The notes under the pieces are model-generated. The model ran no database searches. It had not been told where the DNA came from and saw only the letters and a list, made by a program, of their open reading frames with translations. Shown one piece after another: positions 40,002-48,318 of a stretch of 64,000 nt of DNA (the stretch's first letter is position 1; each line of letters starts with the position of its first letter). Made by a program: the position numbers and the translations under genes. The stretch is from Coprococcus sp. (GTDB taxonomy: Bacteria; Bacillota; Clostridia; Lachnospirales; Lachnospiraceae), in NCBI GenBank assembly GCA_016296785.1, contig JAEDHX010000003.1:1681-65680 (forward strand). The letters are read 5' to 3'.

Positions 40002-40757
40002 TTAGCCGTTTAATTCATTTCTTCTTTCCTTCATAGCTGAAAGAATTATTTGCTGAGCCTTTGCAGCATCATCATTTGTAAGTGCCGGAACATCCTTCAA
40101 AGGATACTCATAACCTAACTTTTCGTATTTTGGAATACCCATCTGATGATATGGAAGAACCTCAAGCTGCTTTACATTATCAAGCTCAGCCATAAAGTAT
40201 CCTACCTTCTTTAGATATTCAGGATTATAAGTGATGCCCGGAACAATAACATGTCTTATTCTGATAAGGTTGCCCTGTTCATTTGCAAAACGTGCAAAAT
40301 CAAGAATATTATCAAGTGGCTGTTTAGTAAGCTTCTTATGCTCTTCAGGATCAATATGCTTAATATCAAGCATTATAAGATCTGTAACCTTAAGAAGTCT
40401 TTCATATTTAGCAAGAAGTTCAGGGTTATTGCGTCTGAACATAATACCTGATGTATCAAGGCATGTATGAATATCACGCTTCTTAGCAGCTTCAAATAAC
40501 TCAATAAGGAAATCAATCTGCATAAGTGGCTCGCCACCGGTAGCAGTAATTCCACCGTTTGTATAAAATGGTCTGAGCGATTCGTATTGTTCAAGTAACT
40601 CCTCAACTGTTTTTTCTTCGCCGCCCTTCATATCCCAGGTATCAGGATTGTGGCAGTACATACATCTCATTGGACATCCTTTGAAGAAAACAACAAATCG
40701 CATACCCGGGCCGTCAACTGTGCCACAGGTTTCAATTGAATGAATGTGTCCTATCAT
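40002..40757 (-). CDS. pflA: pyruvate formate-lyase activating enzyme (radical SAM)
   Basis: GTVDGPG, CPMRCMYCHNPDTW, GGEPLMQ, LPYHQMG. Confidence 0.96.
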   Translation of the reverse strand: MIGHIHSIETCGTVDGPGMRFVVFFKGCPMRCMYCHNPDTWDMKGGEEKTVEELLEQYESLRPFYTNGGITATGGEPLMQIDFLIELFEAAKKRDIHTCLDTSGIMFRRNNPELLAKYERLLKVTDLIMLDIKHIDPEEHKKLTKQPLDNILDFARFANEQGNLIRIRHVIVPGITYNPEYLKKVGYFMAELDNVKQLEVLPYHQMGIPKYEKLGYEYPLKDVPALTNDDAAKAQQIILSAMKERRNELNG

Positions 40758-40820
40758 TATATAATAATCTCCCTATAATAATACAAAAGAACGAAATATG
40801 TTCTTTAGTGTCTAATATAT

Positions 40821-40850
40821 TAATAAAGGCAAGGGCATTAGCCCCTGCCT
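40821..40850 (-). terminator. intrinsic terminator between the glycyl-radical gene and pflA
   Basis: minus strand GGCAGGGGC-TAAT-GCCCTTGCC-TTTATT. Confidence 0.7.
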
Positions 40851-40876
40851 CTATCTTAAGTGGTTTGTTATCTAAA

Positions 40877-41119
40877 TTACATTGCCTCGTGGAATGTTCT
40901 TGAGATAACGTCTGCCTGCTGCTCAGGTGTAAGCTTGATGAAGTTTACAGCGTATCCTGAAACACGAATTGTAAGCTGTGGGTAATTCTCAGGATGCTTC
41001 TGAGCATCTAATAAAGTATCACGATTTAATACGTTTACATTGAGGTGGTATCCACCTTCTTCAATGTAACCATCTAACATATTTACTAAGTTGTCAACCT
41101 GCTGTGTACTAGCTGCCAT
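40877..41119 (-). CDS. stand-alone glycyl radical domain of PFL (GrcA/YfiD-like), 80 aa
   Basis: [39 protein letters not shown]; own SD AAAGGAGG. Confidence 0.95.
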   Translation of the reverse strand: MAASTQQVDNLVNMLDGYIEEGGYHLNVNVLNRDTLLDAQKHPENYPQLTIRVSGYAVNFIKLTPEQQADVISRTFHEAM

Positions 41120-41134
41120 TATAATAGTCCTCCT

Positions 41135-41350
41135 TTAATCTTCATATAATTCTTCGTCCATTCCGTCCATCAAAGTAGGAACGCTACAAGCGAGATCCCC
41201 TTTGGCACAGTCAAGACATCCTAAAGTTTCTTCGGTCTTCTGGCCTGCTGCAACGGTATCATCTATAGTGATATTTACATGACCATGACCGTTACCTATC
41301 ATGTTGTCTAACATTGCTACAATGTCATCTACCTGATTCTTATCAGCCAT
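41135..41350 (-). CDS. 71-aa acidic protein, partial paralog of the glycyl radical domain with Cys motif
   Basis: SD GGAGG; QVDDIVAMLDNMIGNGHGHVNI aligns with [23 protein letters not shown]-x2-C-x6-C; no RVSGY. Confidence 0.82.
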   Translation of the reverse strand: MADKNQVDDIVAMLDNMIGNGHGHVNITIDDTVAAGQKTEETLGCLDCAKGDLACSVPTLMDGMDEELYED

Positions 41351-41379
41351 AATAAACCTCCAAATTATAAATATTCAAA

Positions 41380-43425
41380 TTATTTGCTTAAGTCGATGTC
41401 GATATCGCCAACAAATACCTGATCTTCCTTACCAAGAGCACCAGGGATGATTGAGAATGTATTAGAAATACCATCCTGAGCATCCTTGAATGGAATCTTA
41501 GCAACTGAAGCAAGAGATGCTACAGCACCGTGAGTATCTCTCTGGTGAAGTGGGTTAGCACCTGGAGCAAATGGTGCACCATGCTTTCTACCACAAGGTG
41601 TATCACCTGTGTTCTTACCATATGTTACATTTGATGTAATTGTAAGAATTGACTGTGTAGGAATACCATTTCTGTAAACGTGCTGTTTTCTAAGCTTATC
41701 CATGAATGTTGTTACAACGTATGATGCAATATCATCAACTCTGTCATCGTTGTTACCATACTTAGGGAAATCGCCCTCAGTATTGTAGCTTACTACGATA
41801 CCCTGCTCGTTACGAACTGGAGTAACCTTAGCGTACTTGATAGCTGATAATGAGTCAGCAACGATTGAAAGACCGGCAACACCAGTTGCGAAGTATCTCT
41901 TAACGTCTCTGTCATGTAAAGCCATCTGAATTCTCTCGTAAGCATATTTGTCATGCATATAGTGAATGATGTTAAGAGCGCTAACGTAAACCTTAGCAAG
42001 CCACTCCATCATATCATCAAACTTAGACATAACATCATCAAAATCAAGTGGGCCATCGCCTTCAACCGGACGATACTTAGGACCTACCTGAACTCCTGTA
42101 CACTCATCAACACCACCGTTGATAGCGTAAAGTAAGCACTTAGCAAGGTTAGCACGAGCTCCGAAGAACTGCATCTCCTTACCGATAACCATTGAAGATA
42201 CGCAACATGCAATACCATAATCATCACCGTGAAGAGGTCTCATTGCATCATCGTTCTCATACTGGATTGATGATGACTTGATTGACATCTTAGCACAGAA
42301 CTGCTTCCATCCCATTGGAAGATGTGTTGACCAAAGAACTGTTAAGTTAGGCTCTGGTGATGTACCAAGGTTGTTAAGAGTATTAAGGTAACGGAATGAC
42401 ATCTTTGATACTAATGTACGTCCGTCAACACCCATACCACCAAGTGACTCTGTTACCCAAACCGGGTCACCAGCGAAGATCTGGTTATACTCTGGTGTAC
42501 GAGCAAACTTAACGCAACGAAGCTTCATAATGAAGTGGTCAACGAACTCCTGGATCTGCTCCTCTGTAAATGTACCGGCTGCAAGATCTCTCTCAGCGTA
42601 AATATCAAGGAATGTAGCTGTACGTCCGAGTGACATAGCAGCACCGTTCTGCTCCTTAACTGCACCGAGGTATCCGAAATATGTCCACTGAATAGCTTCC
42701 TGTACGTTTGTAGCAGGCTTAGAAATATCAAAGCCATAGAATGAAGCCATCTTTGTTAATTCCTTAAGAGCCTTAATCTGCTCAGCGATTTCTTCCTTGC
42801 CACGAATTACATCATCTGTGTAAACACGACCAAATGATTCCTTCTGAGCAAGCTTATCTTCGATAAGTCTGTCTGTACCATAAAGAGCAACTCTTCTATA
42901 ATCACCGATAATACGACCACGACCATATGCATCAGGAAGACCTGTTACAATGTGGTTAGTACGGCATTTTCTGATTTCTTCGTCGTATACATCGAATACA
43001 CCTTCGTTATGAGTCTTTCTGTGCTTTGAGAAGAAGTCAACTACCTCAGGATCTACTGAATAGCCATTATCCTCACAAGCCTTCATAGCCATACGAAGAC
43101 CACCGTAAACATTCATGCCTCTCTTGAAAGGAGCATCTGTCTGGAATCCTACGATTGTCTCCTTATCCTTATTGAGGTATCCAGGACCATGTGAAGTAAG
43201 AGATGATACAACCTTTGTATCCATATCAAGGACACCGCCTGCTTCTCTTTCCTTCTTGGTTAATTCCATAACCTGTGCCCATAAATCCTTTGTGTTCTGT
43301 GTTGGTCCCTCTAAGAAGCTATCATCACCTTCATATGGGGTGTAGTTCTTCTGGATAAAGTCACGTACATCGATAAACTTCTGCCAGTTACCGCCTTTGA
43401 AACCATTCCATGCTGTTGTTTCCAT
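41380..43425 (-). CDS. pflB: pyruvate formate-lyase catalytic core lacking the C-terminal glycyl radical domain
   Basis: DVRDFIQKNYTPYEGD, GLPDAYGRGRIIGDYRR, catalytic IACCVS, SILTITSNV; ends 15 aa after SIIPGALGK. Confidence 0.95.
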   Translation of the reverse strand: METTAWNGFKGGNWQKFIDVRDFIQKNYTPYEGDDSFLEGPTQNTKDLWAQVMELTKKEREAGGVLDMDTKVVSSLTSHGPGYLNKDKETIVGFQTDAPFKRGMNVYGGLRMAMKACEDNGYSVDPEVVDFFSKHRKTHNEGVFDVYDEEIRKCRTNHIVTGLPDAYGRGRIIGDYRRVALYGTDRLIEDKLAQKESFGRVYTDDVIRGKEEIAEQIKALKELTKMASFYGFDISKPATNVQEAIQWTYFGYLGAVKEQNGAAMSLGRTATFLDIYAERDLAAGTFTEEQIQEFVDHFIMKLRCVKFARTPEYNQIFAGDPVWVTESLGGMGVDGRTLVSKMSFRYLNTLNNLGTSPEPNLTVLWSTHLPMGWKQFCAKMSIKSSSIQYENDDAMRPLHGDDYGIACCVSSMVIGKEMQFFGARANLAKCLLYAINGGVDECTGVQVGPKYRPVEGDGPLDFDDVMSKFDDMMEWLAKVYVSALNIIHYMHDKYAYERIQMALHDRDVKRYFATGVAGLSIVADSLSAIKYAKVTPVRNEQGIVVSYNTEGDFPKYGNNDDRVDDIASYVVTTFMDKLRKQHVYRNGIPTQSILTITSNVTYGKNTGDTPCGRKHGAPFAPGANPLHQRDTHGAVASLASVAKIPFKDAQDGISNTFSIIPGALGKEDQVFVGDIDIDLSK

Positions 43426-43521
43426 TTTAAAAATCTCCTCCTTTAGATAAAATATTGTAATTCTAAATAGATTATTTTCTATCCGGCAAGGCTAAAAAAC
43501 CTTGTCAATTACTATGATTTA

Positions 43522-43550
43522 ATTATAATTGCATATTGTATACACGTCAA
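43522..43550 (-). promoter_or_regulatory. sigma-A promoter of pflB operon
   Basis: TTGACG-17 bp-TATAAT on the minus strand. Confidence 0.7.
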
Positions 43551-43752
43551 TTGAAAAAAGGTTAAAAGATTGTACTTTTTTTCATACAAAATAATGGAAA
43601 TTACAAGGAATACAGCATACTGATTAGCATATACATTTGCAAATATAATAAAGAATATATCAACATGACTTGTATAATAATTGAAAATAGGTTATAACTA
43701 ATTAATAGATTATATTATTTAGGATATATTTAATATGTAGGAGGATATACAG

Positions 43753-43962
43753 ATGGCAAAGCAGATTGATAAGACAATGCTTATTAATGAAATTATAGAG
43801 GTTGATGCAGGCAATGCTGCAATATTGATGGCAGAGGGTATGCATTGTGTTGGTTGTATGGCAGCTGCAGGTGAGACACTTGAAGAGGCGGCTGCAGTTC
43901 ATGGACTTGATGCAGATGAGCTTGCACAGAAGATAAATGAGTATCTCGCAAAGAAACAGTAA
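43753..43962 (+). CDS. DUF1858-family small redox-disulfide protein
   Basis: GMHCVGC..ETLEEAAAVHGLD. Confidence 0.88.
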   Translation: MAKQIDKTMLINEIIEVDAGNAAILMAEGMHCVGCMAAAGETLEEAAAVHGLDADELAQKINEYLAKKQ

Positions 43963-43967
43963 GGAGA

Positions 43968-44747
43968 ATGGAGAATAATATGAAAACTGATGGAACTAAT
44001 CCTCCCGGGCAGGATATATGTGGTCTGATTGATTTAAATTGCCATATTTTGCCGGGAATAGAAGGTGGACCGCATAATATAACTGAGGCAATACAGATGC
44101 TTCAGATTGCATATGATGAAGGAATTAGGACTATTGTAGCAACGTCTAGCTATTCCGATAAGGAAGTTGCAGAGGATGCAGAAAAGCTTGACAGACTTGT
44201 AGAACGTCTTTCAGAGGAAGCAGAAAGAATTGACAGCAGCTTTAAGGTGTTTCTTGGCTGTGAGATTAAGTATTCAGATGAATCGCATGAGAAGATTATA
44301 ACAGGTATGCTTGATTCAATGGCTGACAGCAAGTATGTTATGCTTAAATTTGACTATTCAACTGATTTTGACAGTATTGCTGAGGCAATACGAGATATTA
44401 ATATGGATCATTATATTCCTATTGTTGCTGATGTGGAAAGATATGAATGTCTTGAACAAGATGAAGAGAAGGTTGAAGAGCTTATCCAGCTTGGAGCATA
44501 TATTCAGCTTTCCGCAGGTGCTGTAACAGGAGAGTTTGGACATGATATTAAGAGCTTTGCTAAGAAACTGTTAAAGCGTCAGCTTGTACATTTTGTTGCA
44601 ACCGGTTCTTGTGACTCAGATGAAAGGGCACCTTATATTAAGGAGTGTGCCGAATACATAGAAAGAAAGTATGGCTTTGATTATATGAATGAGCTCTTGT
44701 ATATCAATCCAAAGGCAGTAATAGAAAATGACGATATAGAAATATAA
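43968..44747 (+). CDS. CpsB/CapC (PHP-fold) tyrosine phosphatase homolog with degenerate active site
   Basis: IDLNCHILPGI, IVATS, PIVADVERY, VHFVATG, NPKAVI. Confidence 0.8.
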   Translation: MENNMKTDGTNPPGQDICGLIDLNCHILPGIEGGPHNITEAIQMLQIAYDEGIRTIVATSSYSDKEVAEDAEKLDRLVERLSEEAERIDSSFKVFLGCEIKYSDESHEKIITGMLDSMADSKYVMLKFDYSTDFDSIAEAIRDINMDHYIPIVADVERYECLEQDEEKVEELIQLGAYIQLSAGAVTGEFGHDIKSFAKKLLKRQLVHFVATGSCDSDERAPYIKECAEYIERKYGFDYMNELLYINPKAVIENDDIEI

Positions 44748-44762
44748 TATATAATAAATAAA

Positions 44763-44821
44763 AATAATACCGGAGATATAAGCGGGCTAACTTGCCTTGT
44801 TATATCTCCGGTATTGTTATT
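44763..44821. terminator. bidirectional terminator
   Basis: AATAATACCGGAGATATAA..TTATATCTCCGGTATTGTT between convergent genes. Confidence 0.8.
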
Positions 44822-44854
44822 TCCTGAGAAATATGTGTCAGACTTGCTGACCTT

Positions 44855-45676
44855 TTATAAAGCAGATAATGTCATAATAGCATCGTCTGATACGATTGCC
44901 TTAAAATGTTCCTTATAATGATATGGAGCAGCATATGATGACTTAATACAGCTACCGTATTCACCTATTATATTGCATGCTCTCGAAAATTCTGCAGAAG
45001 AATTGTTGTCCATTGTAATTAACAGATAAAACTTGTTGTTGGCAGGGTTCTTATATAGAGTGTTTGTGCCAAAGTAGAATCCGGCAACCTGTTTAGCTGC
45101 TTTAATTACAGTAGCAATTGAATCAAAAACAAATACCCTGAATAAAGTTGTTTTCTTTGCAGGGACATCATCCGTAGCTTCACTAATTGACTTGCCGTCT
45201 AAAGCCGCAGCCTTATTAGCTGCTAATCCGCTTATAGTATTAACTAGTCCCTCAATTGCATCAAAAATTGCTTCAGGAGGAACGGAGGCATCAGTTGCCG
45301 GTGATTGCGAAATGCCTGCCTCAGCTTCGTCATCGGCATAATAATCATCTTCGTTGTCGTCTGTGTCATCATCGAAATCAATCTCGCTGACTTTCGAAAA
45401 TCTTGAAAAACGTGTATCGAGTTCTTCCGGATCTTCAACCTTTGTTACTATTAATATAAGACAATCCGGTGAAACAGGAATTGCTTCTATCATAAGAGGT
45501 ATATCATCAACTTCAAATCCTAACTCTATAGATGCCTGCTGCATCATCTCCTTGAACAAAGCCTTAGCCTTGGCTGTTCCATATGCTAACTCGGATATTT
45601 TTAATTCTTTTTCTGCCAAATCTGCTTTATTAAGTGTACATCTTATTTGGTTCTCACTTAATCGTTCAATCTTCAA
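44855..45676 (-). CDS. mecA: ClpC adaptor protein MecA
   Basis: (M)KIERLSENQIRCTL..DL N-terminus; C-terminal IGEYG..KEH; TTG start at 45676 inferred. Confidence 0.88.
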   Translation of the reverse strand: MKIERLSENQIRCTLNKADLAEKELKISELAYGTAKAKALFKEMMQQASIELGFEVDDIPLMIEAIPVSPDCLILIVTKVEDPEELDTRFSRFSKVSEIDFDDDTDDNEDDYYADDEAEAGISQSPATDASVPPEAIFDAIEGLVNTISGLAANKAAALDGKSISEATDDVPAKKTTLFRVFVFDSIATVIKAAKQVAGFYFGTNTLYKNPANNKFYLLITMDNNSSAEFSRACNIIGEYGSCIKSSYAAPYHYKEHFKAIVSDDAIMTLSAL

Positions 45677-46367
45677 TAGGACCATCCCCTTTACTTTAAA
45701 ATCTGGCATATCCATAAGATGTGTACATAGTTTAACATATTTAGCGAATAAGTAAAATAGGATATCTTATGAAAATATGGTTATAAATTATTAAATTTTT
45801 GTGAAACATGCACCTTTAGATAAATCAAGGGCTTTACGGATTACACATGTATTATATGATACTTTATGTATATAAAATCATATTGTTCGCAGTATTTTAG
45901 AATAAAATAAAGCTTTTATTAAATGTGCTCAAAAGGCATTGAATTATTTATTTTCGTATCATATATTGCAAATAGGACATATCAGTTATTCTGATACTCT
46001 TTAGATTCTATTATTGCATTACGATATTTCTCTTGCCGAGATAACGGCTCAGGAAATTGTTTTATTCTATTTTCTATATAACAATAGATATCTTAACAAG
46101 TTCAGTTTATTTCCAGGTTTGTCCAATCTATATCTTCTCCATATATGGTTAATATATTCACAGAGCAGCTCCTTTATGACAGAGAAGATAAATTCAATAA
46201 AAAGAGGGTGATCTATGGAATAATTGTGTATCAATTATTTATGTTAATGTAAGAATATCCTATACTTATTATTTGAGGAATTATATTCTTTGATTAATTA
46301 TTTAATATTATATTATGAAATTAATTTCTATGAAATAATGGGGGTATAGAAACAACACGCTTATCGG

Positions 46368-46415
46368 ACTGCCATATACATATGTCTGCTTGCAGATTAT
46401 GTATATGGCAGTTTT
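46368..46415. terminator. strong hairpin downstream of the amidase gene
   Basis: ACTGCCATATACATA..TATGTATATGGCAGT; short T-run on the plus side. Confidence 0.65.
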
Positions 46416-46423
46416 ACTGAACG

Positions 46424-47176
46424 TTAATTGTGATTGTTATAATAGACTTCTATGGCGGTAGCTATAGCATTTGCAAGCTTTTTTTGATATTCATTGTCGC
46501 ATAGAAGAAGCTTGTCATTAGTGTTGCTTAGGAAACCACATTCGACAATAACAGAAGTGCATTTGCTTTTTGTAAGCAGCAGGTATTCGAGATTGCCTTT
46601 CTCCATTCTTGTGTTAGTAGTGTCAAGCTTCTTTATTTCCTCCTGGATATTGCCGGCAAGCTCCTTGCCCTCTTTGGATGAAGAGTAGTAGAATACCTGA
46701 CCACCATGTATAGCTTCGCCCGAATAGCTGTTTTGATGAATAGATACTAGAAGGTCAGAGTTCATTTCCGATGCGTATTTTATCCTGTTGTTTAAATCAG
46801 AGGCCTTTTTATTGGCAACGCCCTCATCATTTAGCGATATATCGTCGGTTCTGGTTAAGTAAACAATATAGCCTAGATTTTCAAGTGATTTTTTTAATTC
46901 TAGAGATATTGCAAGATTGATATCCTTTTCCTTTACTCCGTCAACGCTTACCTTGCCGGGATCAAAACCGCCATGACCCGGGTCAATTGTAATTACCGGT
47001 TTATTTACGGATGGGGGTGTATTTTCAATGGTTGAAGCTTCGGTTTCAGTATGGGAATCTGCCTGCATTGATGAATTGCCGGTCTTGTGCGTACAACCAT
47101 ATAATATGAAAGCGAAAATAACGCAAATGATTATTTCAAGGTGTAATATCAGTTTTTCTTTGATAATATTACTCAT
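46424..47176 (-). CDS. N-acetylmuramoyl-L-alanine amidase (Amidase_3, CwlD-like)
   Basis: IDPGHGGFDPG, EKDINL, VSIHQNS, IVECGFLSN; possible lipobox LYGC. Confidence 0.9.
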   Translation of the reverse strand: MSNIIKEKLILHLEIIICVIFAFILYGCTHKTGNSSMQADSHTETEASTIENTPPSVNKPVITIDPGHGGFDPGKVSVDGVKEKDINLAISLELKKSLENLGYIVYLTRTDDISLNDEGVANKKASDLNNRIKYASEMNSDLLVSIHQNSYSGEAIHGGQVFYYSSSKEGKELAGNIQEEIKKLDTTNTRMEKGNLEYLLLTKSKCTSVIVECGFLSNTNDKLLLCDNEYQKKLANAIATAIEVYYNNHN

Positions 47177-47215
47177 GTTGTTCCCTTTGATTAGCTATGG
47201 CTATGTAATTGGTAT

Positions 47216-47244
47216 AATATATGCCAATTCATAGGCAAATATGA
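47216..47244 (-). promoter_or_regulatory. possible sporulation sigma-E-type promoter
   Basis: TCATATTT-13 bp-CATATATT upstream of the CwlD-like gene. Confidence 0.45.
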
Positions 47245-47246
47245 AA

Positions 47247-47275
47247 TTGACATAACTTATCAAAGAGGATAAAAT
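47247..47275 (+). promoter_or_regulatory. sigma-A promoter
   Basis: TTGACA-17 bp-TAAAAT. Confidence 0.7.
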
Positions 47276-47322
47276 GATTAGGTAAAAACAAACAATATAC
47301 ATATAATAATAGGAGTGAGGTT

Positions 47323-48282
47323 ATGGATTATTCAAGTATAGTGAATGGATTGGCATCAGGGGATGCAAGCTGCTGGCAGCAGCTTCATGGATTGTTGTGG
47401 CAGGATTATAATCATATGCTTGCAGGACTTGATAAGGCTGAAGCGGATAAGCTTTTTAATGAAGCCTTTCAGTCTACAGCGTCAGGCATTAATGCCCAGA
47501 CAAATCCTAATACAATAGGTGATACCTTTAGAAGGAATCTTGAATGGAGCTTATCAAGTGCTAAAGGAGCTAATAAGAGTGCAGCTCCGGAGGCGTCTCC
47601 ATATGGAGCATTTGATCCTTACAATCAGAATGCAGGAATGCCACAGGGTGGAATGCCACAGGGCGGAATGCCACAGGGTGGAATGATGTATGAGAATCAG
47701 AATCAGAATGTAAACCCTTATCAGTATAACCATGATACACCTGTAAAGGTTAGTGCACCAAATAAAAGTAAGGCTCCATTGATTGTAGGACTTATTGCAG
47801 GCGCTGTTGTTGTAATTGGTCTTGTTATTGCACTCGTATTTATGCTAAAGGGCGGCAAATACGATAAAGACGGATATGAGAAGATGCTTGATGATTATTT
47901 CAAGTGTTATTCTGACCAGGATATGGATGGCATGATTGATTTCTATCCTGATAAGGTAGGAGAACAGGTTTGGGATTATTCGTTGACTTACATGGGCTAC
48001 AGTAATGAAAGAGATTTCTGGGATGCACTTAATGCCTTTTATGGTAAAGGATTTACAATTACTCCAAAGATAACAAATGCAGAAGAGCTTGATTCGAGTA
48101 CACGTCGTGGATATGAGCTTGGATTCAATACAAAATATGATGTAGATTATGATATAGAATGCATCTATAAGCTTACTGTTGATGAAGAAATTGATGGCAG
48201 CAAATACTCAACCACAGTAAATGAGGTTATTTACGTTGGTGTAATTGATGGAGAATGGTATGTGCTTGGAGCACTTTACTAA
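47323..48282 (+). CDS. single-pass membrane hypothetical protein with (GMPQG)x3 repeat
   Basis: 15-bp repeat GGAATGCCACAGGG(T/C) around 47635-47685; central TM; SD AGGAGTGAGG. Confidence 0.75.
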   Translation: MDYSSIVNGLASGDASCWQQLHGLLWQDYNHMLAGLDKAEADKLFNEAFQSTASGINAQTNPNTIGDTFRRNLEWSLSSAKGANKSAAPEASPYGAFDPYNQNAGMPQGGMPQGGMPQGGMMYENQNQNVNPYQYNHDTPVKVSAPNKSKAPLIVGLIAGAVVVIGLVIALVFMLKGGKYDKDGYEKMLDDYFKCYSDQDMDGMIDFYPDKVGEQVWDYSLTYMGYSNERDFWDALNAFYGKGFTITPKITNAEELDSSTRRGYELGFNTKYDVDYDIECIYKLTVDEEIDGSKYSTTVNEVIYVGVIDGEWYVLGALY

Positions 48283-48318
48283 TATGATTGAACTATAGAT
48301 AATACAGGAAATGGTAGT

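Noticed and set aside
41135..41350. Intervening ORF as an IS, intein or intron
   Set aside because: No transposase, terminal repeats, splice motifs or intron structure are visible, and it resembles the adjacent radical domain.
41120..41400. pflB as a frameshifted pseudogene or sequencing error
   Set aside because: A 260-bp gap with a complete SD-led ORF separates the parts, both parts keep all catalytic motifs, and pflA is intact.
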